This document shows positions 39,811-50,820 of a stretch of DNA of 64,000 nt, in pieces. The notes beneath the pieces are model-generated. The model saw only the letters and a list, made by a program, of their open reading frames with translations, did no database searches and was not told the origin of the DNA. Position numbers and translations under genes: made by a program. The stretch is from Podarcis filfolensis (Eukaryota). The first letter of the stretch is position 1; every line of letters starts with the position of its first letter. Location of the stretch: the NCBI GenBank assembly GCA_964270895.1, contig OZ185440.1. The stretch is one strand, 5' to 3'.

Positions 39811-40074
39811 CAGTGGTGCCCTGCAAGACGAATGCCTCGCAAAACGAAAAACGCGCAAGATGAAAGGGTTTTTCGGTTTTTGCGTTGCTTCGCTAGACGA
39901 TTTTCCCTATGGGCTTGCTTCGCAAGATGAAAACGCCTTGCGAGTTTGTTCACTTTTTTCTTAAAGCCGCTTGAAGAGGTGCAGTTGCGACGGACCGTGC
40001 TTCGCAAGACGAGAAACATCGCAAGACGAAAAGACTCGCAGAACGAATTAATTTCGTCTTGTGAGGCACCACTG
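39811..40074. mobile_element. Tc1/mariner (Tigger/pogo-like) MITE, 264 bp
   Basis: TIR cagtggtgcc(ctg/tca)caagacgaa, TA flanks, CpG-rich, repeated gcaagacgaa motifs inside. Confidence 0.9.
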
Positions 40075-40312
40075 TATTCAAGAGTAAGTCCTGCAGAGTT
40101 CAATGGGGCTGATTCTCTGGAAAGTAAATATAGGATTGCAGACTAAATATGTTGGTTTGAACTCTGTTTCATTATTTCCCTGCTCAGCTTCCTCCCCACA
40201 TTTGAGTTCAGAAAACCTGAGGGTCTTTTCACTCAGTGGAATAATTGCTTAATTCAACAAACATAAATGGCCTATTGCACGGCTATTCTGGCCTGGGTAG
40301 GTTGCTCTAACT

Positions 40313-40448
40313 CAGGCTTTCTCAAACTCGGCCTTCCAGATGCTTTGAGACTACAGTTCCCATCATCCCTGCCCACTGGTCCTGCTAGGTAGGGATCATG
40401 GGAGTTGTAGGCCAAAAACATCTGGAGGGCCGAGGTTGAGGAAGCCTG
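40313..40448. mobile_element. 136-bp palindromic hAT MITE (family A)
   Basis: Exact 8-bp TSD ctctaact at 40305-40312 and 40449-40456; long TIRs caggc...ctccagatg. Confidence 0.9.
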
Positions 40449-40750
40449 CTCTAACTCATCAGTGGGGACCTCTGGTCCAAAAGCTTAAAGTAGCCCACCA
40501 CATCCCTCAATCTGGCCAACCAGGCCTTTCCCAATAAGCCCTGCCCACCTGCTAATCACTCCATGTCATTTTCTGACTTACCATTACTCGCCTTGCTTTG
40601 ACCAATGGCTCAGCACATCTACTAAGTTCTCGTGATTAAAATCTAATTGTTAGATTGGAGATATGCTCTGTAGCATTAGGCAAAGGAATCTCTGATCTTA
40701 GTACTAAGCAACACAGGGCCGAGATTGCAGATAAGTCGTCTTCTGTTAGT

Positions 40751-40870
40751 GCATCTGTGGTGCAATGGGTCACTGCATCTGGCTGTTAATTGGAAGGTTG
40801 GTGGTTCGAGGCCACCTGGGGACAGCTGTGGGGAGGATTCCTGCATTACAGGGAGTTGGACTAGGTGGCC
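40751..40870 (+). mobile_element. tRNA-Asn(GTT)-derived SINE with CR1-like tail
   Basis: tctgtggtgcaatgggtc...ggctgttaattggaaggttggtggttcgaggccacc resembles vertebrate tRNA-Asn, followed by ctgcattacagggagttggactag. Confidence 0.7.
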
Positions 40871-41080
40871 AACTGAGCCCTCAGGCTGAAATAGGTTCCC
40901 TACCTTCTCTGTAGTTATTTTCCCTCTCTGGTCTGTCTCTTCTCTCCATGAATCCACTCCAACTCTTCCCTTTCTAAGTCCTTTTTCCTTTAGCCTGCTA
41001 TTTTTCTTCCCCGCCCCAATTGTAGTTGGGGTTTGGAATCATGACTCAGAGTGCAATGAAGGGGAAAGGAATCTTTAACC

Positions 41081-41216
41081 CAGGCATAGGCAAACTCAGC
41101 CCTCCATATGTTTTGGGACTACAGTTCCCATCATCCCTGACCACTGGTTCTGTTAGCTAGGGATAATGGGAGTTGTAGTCCCAAAACATCTGGAGGGCCA
41201 AATTTGCCTATGCCTG
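41081..41216. mobile_element. 136-bp palindromic hAT MITE (family A)
   Basis: Exact 8-bp TSD ctttaacc at 41073-41080 and 41217-41224; nearly fully palindromic. Confidence 0.92.
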
Positions 41217-41835
41217 CTTTAACCCTTCCCCAATACACAATGGTCTCAATGTCCCTTCCAAAGTGTCCCTTCCAAACATTTGGGGCTGGGGAAAGTGGAG
41301 CTCCTTACAGAAGTCTGGGAATAGCATTGTTATTCCACTCTGGAAGCAGAATAGCAATGGTTGGGCGCTGCTGAAGGGTCCCTGTCTGGAAGCATCCATG
41401 AACAGGATAGGGCAAATTGAGAGAGCATTTTTCAGAAGGCTAGATCTGGATAGCAGGAAGGCCTGCAGAGCAAAGTTAAATAATTTATAGCAGTATCAAA
41501 CAAACCCAGTCAGAGATGTTGAGGCCAACCCTGGTGAGTGATGTGCTTCCTGGTGAGATAAAACACAGCCTAAAGGCTCTTAGAATAATCATTGAGATTT
41601 GGATTTTCTTTAGCATTCGACAAAGTGCAGCCATTTCTCCCCCTGATTACTGGGCTGGCATTGTAGCTACTGAGACAGCATCCACCATTCAGCCACTGTC
41701 CTACAATAGGTCCTATTGAGGGTTTTTGTGTACACCATAAATGCCAGTGTGTGTTGTTATTCAGGACAATGTTAATGTGCAGCTGTGATGACTCTGTTCT
41801 TTCCCCACTCCAACCAAATACCATTGTCTTGGCAG

Positions 41836-42011
41836 GTGGAAGATGAATGGCACAGAGATCAAAATAGAGCCAGATTCCCGTTATAGGTTGAACGGGGGCA
41901 ACCTGGTGATCAGCAACCCAGTGAAAGCCAAAGACACTGGGTCCTACCAGTGTGTGGCATCCAACTCGGTGGGCACAGTAGTCAGCAGAGAAGCTTCCAT
42001 TCGCTTTGGCT
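41836..42011 (+). CDS. CNTN2: CNTN2 exon 4 (176 nt): [58 protein letters not shown]
   Basis: ttggcag| ... ggct|GTAAGT; Ig DxGxYxC motif. Confidence 0.97.
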
Positions 42012-42571
42012 GTAAGTGGATTTTCTGAAGACAATTTGGTGCACAAGAGGAATAAAACAGAAGGGAGCCAAGCAATGTGCCACCCATGGTTCCCCAGCAG
42101 CATCACAGCCAGGGGGGCAGTGAAGCTCCAAGAAATTGGATATGCTGGCATGTGCCCTCAGAAATCATACAAGTTGAGCAGGCTGAGCAGAGGGATGATA
42201 GAGGAGGCTGGGGACTTAAGGGAGCTGGTCGGGGAACCCAAATGGTCTGCATGATCCCTTCTATTTGTCCAAAGGGATCTGCGTTTAGATGAGGACAGTG
42301 GATGACAAACAAAGGGGGGGAACATGAATGAGGACCCCAGTCCCTTTCATCGTCCTGTGGGAATTGAGGCACTTGGATAATGGTTCTGAACCGTTGCCCC
42401 TCTAAGGAGAGTGAGGTGGCCCATGTATATCACAGCTATTTCAGGAGGGCCAAATGCTGGACACCAGCATGGATTAAAACTGGCTAACATTTTACTGAGC
42501 AAGTGAAGGATGGTGTTGTGAGAGCTCCAAGCATAACCAGGTTAAAGTTCTTGAAGTATGTTTTAAAGGGA

Positions 42572-42709
42572 ACTTTTACCAACTATCTGACTTTCAGAAG
42601 ACATCTGAAGGCAACCCTGTTTAGGGAAGTTTTTAATGTTTGATGTTTTATCTTGTTTTTAATATTCTGTTGGGAGCATAAATGAGTGGAGCATAAATAT
42701 ATTATTATT

Positions 42710-42780
<71 letters not shown>
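42572..42780 (+). mobile_element. L2 LINE 3' end with (ATT/GTT)n tail
   Basis: gaagacatctgaaggcaaccctgtttagggaagtttttaatgtttgatgttttatc is typical of lacertid L2 3' ends. Confidence 0.65.
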
Positions 42781-42782
<2 letters not shown>

Positions 42783-43679
42783 CAAGGGTTATGTGACTTC
42801 AGCCAAGATGCTAAAGATATGAGCTATTTTGATGAGTATGTGGATGTGAGAAGTTCCATCACTGCTGCATGCATAATGCTAAATAGAGAGTGTGTTTAGG
42901 AAATGGGGTTGTTCTGGGGCAGCTTGGCTGTGAACTAGCGCCAGCTGCCGGGAGCTTATTTCTGATTCTGGCTTCCTGCTACTTTCCAGACAAAACTGGG
43001 TTGTGTTTTTAACCTTTCAGCCCTAGTTCCATGTTACCTCAGGGATTGTCTCCTCCTATTTGCGCAGGTCATCAGATGATATTCTGTTTGAATTTTATGT
43101 ATGCCTCAGACTTCTGACATGAGGGGTAGGATCTTTGTGGTGGTGCCACTCACTCTGTAAAATTGATTACCCAGGGTGGTTTAGCAGACAGATTTACCAA
43201 GGGCTTTTTGAAAGATAGCAAAAGCATTTCCTTTCATACAACAGGGGGTTGAGTCCTTCTAATTTGTTTATCTTGGTGCTGCTGCTCTGATGTTTTATTG
43301 TTTGTCCATTGAGGTGTTCACATGTTTTAATCTTGGGTTTTTGCTTTAGTGTGTGTATTTTTTTAAATTTGTAAGCCATTTTTAGGAGCCGCTGATGACC
43401 AAAATGGCTGAATATACATTTGAAAAAGATAGATAGATAGATAGAAATTGCAGTGGGGATAGTATTGATTTAGCTAGTTCATACCCAGCACATTTTCTGA
43501 GTGCTGTTGCTGATGCCATCTGCCGTTACTCTCTCAATTTAATTTCCCTTTGATATGATGGAAGCATGATTGCCTGTAACTAGCATCATTTCTCTCTGAG
43601 CAGAGAAAGATCTAATTTGTAAGATTGTTAGGCTTCCATAGCTCATGTTTCATCACCTCCACTCATTTCTTGTGTTTAG

Positions 43680-43775
43680 TTTTGCAGGAATTCTCTACAG
43701 AAGAGCGAGACCCCGTGAGGGTTACAGAGGGCTGGGGGGTGATGTTTACTTGCAGCCCACCTCCCCATTACCCAG
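43680..43775 (+). CDS. CNTN2: CNTN2 exon 5 (96 nt): [32 protein letters not shown]
   Basis: gtgtttag| ... ccag|GTGAGA; Ig2 start, phases 1/1. Confidence 0.96.
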
Positions 43776-43909
43776 GTGAGACAATGACAGCACACTAGAA
43801 ATGAGGTTCTCACCCATATTCAGGGTGCAATCCATCAAATGACAGGGGTAGCTAATGGTATAAACCCATACACAATTGTGTTTAGCAATTTGGACAAAGC
43901 CATTCCTTT

Positions 43910-44720
43910 CATGAGAACATAATCAGAGCTCTGCTGGATAAAGCCTAAGGCCCATCTAGTTCAATAGCCTGTTCTCAAAGCGGTCAAACAGATGCCCATG
44001 GAAAGCCCATAAGCAGGACATAAGCTGTCTCTACTTTAAGTTCCAAACATCTGGTATTCAGAGGCATATTGTCTCAAACGTTGGAGCAGAACATCACTAT
44101 TTGGGCTAGAAGCCATTGATAAACTTATCACCCATGAATTTGTCTAATGCTCTTTTAAAGTGTGTACCTTGTTTGGTAGTTAATTCATATGAACCTAAGA
44201 ATATCCTTCTGGATCAGGCCAGCTGTTCCACCTAGTCCAGCATCGTGCTCTCACAGTGGCCAACTAGATGGCTGTGTGAAACCCAGTGGCGTAGCGTGGG
44301 GGATGCAGGGGGGGCCGGCCGCACCGGGCGCAACATCGGGGGGGGGCGCGCTTGCACTCGCAGCTCTCTGCCCCCTGCTAAAATCCACGGGTTAGGGGGC
44401 GCAAATTACTTTCCTTGCCCCGGGTGCTGACAACCCACGCTACGCTACTGGTGAAACCAGCAAGCAAGGCACTCTCCCATCTCGTGGCTTCCAGCAACTG
44501 GTACTCAGAATCATTACTGCCTTTGATCATGGAGGTAGAACATACCTGTTACATCTAGGAACCCTTGATAGCCCTACGTTCCATAGTCAACTGTGAAGTA
44601 CTTTCTTTTGACTGTCCTGAATCTTCCAACTTTCTGTTTTATTAGATGGCCCTGAGTTTCTAATATTATGAGAAAGGGAGAAAATAATCCACTTTCTCCA
44701 CACCTTATGTAATCATGTCC
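43910..44720 (-). mobile_element. Two tandem antisense CR1/L3 LINE 3' fragments (about 43910-44160 and 44186-44720); the second is split by a MITE
   Basis: Both begin with (cat)aagaacata-like tails followed by ctgctggat...ccatctagtccagcatc...ctcacagtggccaac, typical of CR1 3' ends. Confidence 0.7.
44284..44450. mobile_element. GC-rich hAT MITE, 167 bp, inserted into CR1
   Basis: Exact 8-bp TSD gtgaaacc; 17-bp TIR cagtggcgtagcgtggg / cccacgctacgctactg with 1 mismatch. Confidence 0.92.
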
Positions 44721-46184
44721 TCCTTTTGCTGTTAAAATCACTGTTTTTTTAAATTTTGTGGCAACAATTATCCTTGCAAAATACTGGAAACATGCTGCCG
44801 TTGTTTTCTACATGAGAATGCTTAAGCCAGACTTCAGCACAGCAGAAATTGATAAACTACCAAGGCTCTATCCCAAAGGAGAAATGTATTGTATCTAAAT
44901 GTCTCTCTGTTTGATTAATGGTTAACATTTATAATATACTGGAATCTATATTGTAATTACATTGTCTTTGAGAAGTCTTTTTTGTAATCTTATATCAGAT
45001 TGAAATAAATTAAACAAAAGGGGGGAGGGGAAGAAAAGAAAGAAAGCTCCAACTTTTCCATTTTGTTCATATAGGTATGAACAGTTTTCCCTTTGCCCTG
45101 CCACTGTCCCTTGGAAAACCTCTTTCGTGCTAAATTGGAACAAATGGCAGTCCATGGAAAACCCAATAATCTGCTAAACTGCAGGTTATCACCAAGGGAA
45201 AGCAGCAGGCAAAGAGAGGCGTAGATAAGCCCTAAGTTGTGCCCGGTCTTTATGGATGAAGCAATAACCTGTTTATCAAGTGTAAACAGTAGTTGCCATG
45301 GGATGGTATTAAATGCTAGTCCTACTCAGAGTAGACTCATGGAAAGTAATTTATCTGTTTAACTTAGGTTCATTCATTCATTTCAGTGGGTCTACTCACA
45401 GTAGGTCTTGGTTTATTACATCCCATGCTTTCTTGTATGTACAGGTAACTGAAATGTTCTCTGAGAAGCATGAATTGCTCTGTTCATCTCAGACTAAATT
45501 CTGCAGCTGTGAATTCTGGAATTCTCCCAGGAAACAATGAAGATCAGTGCTGTCGATTTCATGCCAGAAGCTGATATTGTAGAAATTGAATCATTAATGC
45601 TCTTTGTATAGGCAAATCTGTAGTTGAATATTTCAGGGATGTGATTTCAGTTCATCTCTACCTTCCACCCTACACATTTTGGTTAGCAGGGGACGACATG
45701 ATTATTACTGGGTGGGTGGGGGGTTGCAGTGCGTGTAAGGAAGGGAAAGAGCATGTGAATGAGAAGAGATCTCTTGTGGGGATGGGGGTGGAAGAAAGGG
45801 AATTCTGGTATGGAAAACTTTGAGAAACCTCTGGCTGAGACCCACAGGACTGTTGAACTTTAGCCCACAATCTGTGGTATGAGGAGTCGGAAGTAGTAAA
45901 GGAAGAAACCAATAGCCGGTCCAAAGTTCTTGTCAAGAAATTGGAGGGCATCAGGTTCAGTTCTCTAAAAATGAACATTGTGGGAGCATTGTACATCCCG
46001 TCTAGAATAACAACAAATACTCTCACTTTTGTTTCTTTGTTCAGAGTGAATGAATAGCTACTGGACTTAGTTTGTGTCTCAGTCTGGGAAATAGCGTACC
46101 AAGGTCAGCCTCCGAGCATCACTCTGATACAGAGGAGTCAGTGTTTCACCCTCTCCCTCTCCCTCTCTCTTCCTTTGCACACAG

Positions 46185-46394
46185 GACTTGCATACCGCTG
46201 GTTTGTGAACGAATTCCCCAACTTCATCCCAGCAGACGGAAGGCGTTTCATCTCCCAAAAAACGGGAAACCTTTACATTGCTAAGACAGAGGCCTCTGAC
46301 CTCGGCAACTACTCCTGCTTTGTCACTGGCCAGATTGATTCCATTCAGAAGAGTGTCTTTAGCAAAGTTTCTCAGCTCAATCTTCTCAGAGAAG
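46185..46394 (+). CDS. CNTN2: CNTN2 exon 6 (210 nt): [70 protein letters not shown]
   Basis: cacacag| ... gaag|GTCAGT; Ig2 core. Confidence 0.97.
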
Positions 46395-46827
46395 GTCAGT
46401 GCACTGGCGATCCACAATGTTGGAAGCCCAGTTGAACAGATCCCTCTGAGAGATGCCCAAGGAGGGCCAACTCTAGATGGAGGCATTTCTGAAGTAGACC
46501 TGCAGAGCCTGTGACCCACCAAGCCAAACATACCTGCCAGCCATGTATGGGGTCCTATGAGCAGTTCCTTGCCTACTTGGGACTGCAAGATGCCAGAGGG
46601 TCCCCTGTTGTACTATTCATGGGGAGTGGGGAGCCTTCCATGCAGCTGGGTGATATTCAGTGCTTATTTCCTGGCCGTCTGAATCCTCCTCCTTGGAGCC
46701 AACCAGTGGCTTTGGTGATCTGATTTTTTTTGTGGGTGGAGAGGTAGGTTGTTCTTACCATCCCCATATAGCAGATTAGGTTGGGACAGGTTAAGAGAGA
46801 GTGACTGGCCTAAGGCCACCTCAGGGG

Positions 46828-47148
46828 GATCTGCTGTAGCTCAATGGTGTGGTACATGCTTTGCATGTAGCAGGTTCCAGTTTGATCCCTGGTCTCTCCA
46901 GGTTGGGCTGGGAAAGACTCCTGTCTAAAACCCTGGAGAGCCAGGGGCTGTCAGTCTATCCCAGCCTTTCCCACCCTGGTGTCCTCCAGATGTTGTTGGG
47001 CTCCTACTCTCATCTGCCTCATTCATCCAGCCAAAGGTCAATTGTGATGGGAGCTGCTGACAGAAACATCTGGAAGGCGCCAGGCTGAGGGATGCTGGTG
47101 TAGATGACACTGAGCTAGATGGAACAGAGGTGGATCAGGATTTCCTTA
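46828..47148 (+). mobile_element. tRNA-Ala-derived SINE interrupted by a 136-bp MITE
   Basis: Head tgtagctcaatggt...catgctttgcatgt...tttgatccctggtctctcca. The tail resumes at 47098 (gtgtagatgacactgagctagatgg). Confidence 0.75.
46962..47097. mobile_element. 136-bp hAT MITE (family A), older copy nested in a SINE
   Basis: Imperfect TIRs cagcctttccc...ctccagatgtt / aacatctggaag...gatgctg; degenerate TSD gtctatcc / gtgtagat. Confidence 0.7.
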
Positions 47149-47401
47149 CTCATCGCTCTCCTCTTCCATCACAAGCTACGTCAGAGCAGTGTGGGTGATG
47201 GCTGTGTGGCAGCCACGGCTGTGCCACACCAGTAATGTAAAAACTGGCTCTGCAAATACACAAAGAAGTAAATGCTGAACTTAACTTATTGGGTTTTGAA
47301 CGTGCACTTTCTCAAAGATGAATCATTTTGGAGGCCTGCGCTTTGCAACATCCTGCATGGGTAGCTTTAAAGCTTTCAACCTCTTGTCCCCCTTCCCACA
47401 G

Positions 47402-47501
47402 ATTCCAGGCCGTTTGCTCCCAGCATTAAAGCCAAGTTTCCTTCTGACACTTATGCTCTGGCCGGGCAGCTGGTGGCTTTGGAGTGTTTTGCCTTTGGGA
47501 A
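47402..47501 (+). CDS. CNTN2: CNTN2 exon 7 (100 nt): [34 protein letters not shown]
   Basis: cccacag| ... ggaa|GTGAGT; Ig3 start. Confidence 0.97.
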
Positions 47502-48501
47502 GTGAGTACTTGTGTCAACTGCATTTAGCCTCTTGCTGGTGACAGCAGAAAAGTTGCAGGCCAACGTAGTTAGGAGTTGAATATTGTAGACTCTGTTCTG
47601 AGGAACAAGAATACAGAAGAGCAAGGAGGAAGAGAGCTGCTGTTTTAAATATCAAAGAAACTGTCCTGAAGAAAGTTTGAGGATCATAGCCTGCATTATC
47701 TGGAACATAACCAAGCATACATTTGATGAAGCCCTATTCCCCATCTATTTTACTCCTTTGCCCTGTTTGTGAGTGAGGTTTTTAATAATCTGAAATATTT
47801 AATAATCCTTTAGATGACTTTTGGGTGTTGGACAGTAAATGTTGACTAGTTTGAGCTAGGACCCACCCAGAAGTGACTGGTGTGGTGATGTGGAGTCAGC
47901 CTCTCAGTATTGGTGATGCTGCCACTTACCTGGATGGTACAGGGCAGCAGTGAAGTCAGGGCTGCCTGGGTGCACAGATGGAGCCAACCAGGTGCTGCCA
48001 GTGCACCTGGGTGGCCCTGCCCATCCAGGTAAGCAGTCAAGAGGAAGGCGCCATAGCACTGCCCACCCCACCAAAATAGCGCATGGGCTGCTCCTGAACT
48101 CGCCAGAATCTGTTTTTAATGTTATGCATTTGCCTTCAAATGGATGGTGTAATAAATAAGAGTGCCTCTGAGCATGTGCAAAGACCACACCAAACTGAGA
48201 ATCACAGGTGGGTAGGCGGTAGTGATCCCCCCCCCCCCCGCCATCAAGAGGATATGATGTGTAAGAAGACTTGAATGCCAGCAGAACTCTTGTTTCTGTA
48301 AATTAAGGTGTGGGTTGTGAGACAATGATAGTTTACTAACAGGTCAAAGAGAAAAGCTTGGCTAGTTTAAAAAATGGAAGACATAATGCTCACAACAAGG
48401 AAAGGGAAATAATTGAATTGCACTGGATTCCAGTGTTTGTTGCTGTTGCATTGATGCTGAAGCTTGAAGTGCCCTTTTACAGAGGTTTATTTATAATCTA
48501 G

Positions 48502-48677
48502 CCCTGTCCCTCGAATAAAATGGCGGAAGTTGGATGGTAGCCAGTCCTCTGAGTGGATCACAACGGAGCCCCTTCTACAGTTTAAGGAGATTGGCTTTGA
48601 AGATGAAGGCACTTATGAGTGTGAAGCTGAAAATGCCCAAGGAAAAGACACCTATCGGGGCCGCATCATCATCCAAG
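48502..48677 (+). CDS. CNTN2: CNTN2 exon 8 (176 nt): [58 protein letters not shown]
   Basis: aatctag| ... caag|GTAAAG; DEGTYEC motif. Confidence 0.97.
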
Positions 48678-49185
48678 GTAAAGCACTCCTGGAGGTTCCT
48701 TCACAAGTACCTTATCCTTTTATTATATTTCTATCCCAGCCATCGTTAGAATGCTTGGGGCAGCATAGTTGGAGCTCACAGCAATCCCCTGACAGGCAGC
48801 CATCAGCTCTACATCTTTCCTAGTACATTGATCCAAATGAAAAGAAAGTTGGAGGTCCCTCTTGAACCTTTCTCTTTGCTTTCCGTATTTCCCAAATAGT
48901 GCACAGGGAGGGTGGAAACCTAAAGCATAATGATGAAATAAGGGATCCCTAAGGATGGAATAATCTGCAGAATCTAGGGCTAAGATGGGTTGTTCAAATC
49001 TATGAACCTCCAAGTTACACGTTTTCCCCATTTTAAAAAAATAAATCAATGTTATGGAAATGAAATGTGGTAGGTTAGGGGTTGCACATTGTAATAAATT
49101 CCCACCACAACTTGAGCATCATGAATCTCACACTGCTTCCTGTCTGAAGTGAATACGTCCTGTTCTCTTCTTGTTCTTTTTATAG

Positions 49186-49322
49186 CTCAGCCAGAATGGC
49201 TGAAGGTCATCTCAGACAAAGAGGCTGACATCGGAGCAGACCTTCGCTGGAGTTGTGCTGCAGCTGGCAAGCCAAGGCCTACCGTCAAATGGCTACGGAA
49301 CGGGCAGCCCTTAACCTCTCAG
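49186..49322 (+). CDS. CNTN2: CNTN2 exon 9 (137 nt): [46 protein letters not shown]
   Basis: tttatag| ... tcag|GTATCC; Ig4. Confidence 0.97.
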
Positions 49323-49540
49323 GTATCCCATCTGTCAGTGGCATTGTGGTTACCTTTTGTAGGTGGGGTACAAAATAGAAATGCCACATAAAAACGCAAT
49401 AATAAATGTGAAACCTGTTTAAACGATGGGAGCAACGGAAACCACAGTTGAAAGTACAAAGCAGGCTATCTGCCACTAACTAACTAATAGAAAACTTAGG
49501 AGCTGCCATACTAAGGTCAAGAGAAAGGATTGAGCATTCT

Positions 49541-49690
49541 TAGGGCCATGATTCAGAGGTAGAGCATCTGCCCTGCATTCAAAAGTTTCCATGGTCAATC
49601 CCCAGCATCTCCAGGCTGGGAAAGTCTCCTGTCCTAGAGAGCAACTACTAGTCAATGTAGACAGTGCTGAGCTGGGTAGACCAGTGGACA
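49541..49690 (+). mobile_element. tRNA-Ala-derived SINE
   Basis: gggccatgattcagaggtagagcatctgc...gcatctccaggctgggaaag...gtagacagtgctgagctgg. Confidence 0.7.
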
Positions 49691-50820
49691 CTCCCTACCG
49701 TCCTGTGTTTGGCCACCTGTTGTCAATTCTGTAAACTCAAGCCAGTAGCTACCTGGAAACAACCTCAAATGCTCATTTCTCCTGGTTATGTTCTTAGGCC
49801 CAAACTAGATGTGACATTATGAATGCAGTTAGCAGTTGTATGATTTTTAAAAAGTAATAATTAAGAAGTAGTAAGTAGCTCTGGGGAAGACTGATTTGGA
49901 TCAGAACTGTGTAGGAGGAGAGGAGGATTTTATTTTGGTTCTTGCACCAAAGGGATGTTTTTCCTAGCTGCACGTAGCAGCTGTACAGGGTAGCCTGGAT
50001 TTGGACCGCAGCCAAGGCAAAGGGTTAAATGCCCCTTTGAGGTCCCAGTCCAAATCCCGTCCCCCAGCATATGTTTTTTCAGCATATGTTTTTCTATATG
50101 TTTTTCTTTAAAATAATCACACAATTGTTAATTGAATGAATAATGTCACAATTTGGTTTCGCTCACATTCCGTACGATCTTCCCATTAATCACAGTCGGT
50201 ATTAACTTAGCAAGAATTAGTGGTACTCAAGATGTGAATGAGCTATAACTGGGTAATAAGCAAACATGTTAATTTGGATTGTTAGGGGATATTTTAACTG
50301 AAAGGCTTTTGATGCAAAGGCAGAAAGCTTAAAGAATAAGGATTAAGCCAAAGTTGTACTAAAGCCGAGAGACTTACATGAAAGGGTAGTGGACTTTGGA
50401 GTTCACATATTAGCTAACATTGTGTGACTTTTCCAAGAGCAGATCAGAAAACAAAGGAAGGGCTTTAAATACAGAAATCCTTGTTACCCTTCAGAGAAAT
50501 ACATGATAAAAATACAGAGCAAGCTATGTACCGTAAGCCTATTTAGTGGCAGTGAAAGCAGCAAAGAAGGCATACTTTGCTGCCTCCATGGGAACCTCAT
50601 TTGACATCCAGCAGAGCTTTTCCAGGTAGTATGGGGCCTTTTATGGTTTGGTTCAAAGGAGGTGGTAGAACTGACAGTAGCTCACTGTGATTTTTTTTGC
50701 AAAGCATTTTGAGAATAAAAATGCTTGATCTTGCCAAGACTTTGACTCTACTGTTACAGCAGATTAATCTCTAAAGGTGTCCAGAGCACTGTCTAGCCCT
50801 GTTATGTTGGATAAGTTTCA

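Noticed and set aside
40752-40823. tRNA-Asn(GTT) gene (likewise the tRNA-Ala-like sequences)
   Set aside because: The stems are broken by many substitutions and the sequence runs into a LINE-derived tail; these are SINE heads.
41570-42151. 193-aa antisense ORF
   Set aside because: It is the shadow of exon 4 on the opposite strand plus intron, with no domain features.
42711-42899. Poly-Leu/Ile/Thr/Phe/His ORFs (also 58175-58411, 16463-16648, 31779-32197)
   Set aside because: These are translations of microsatellites.
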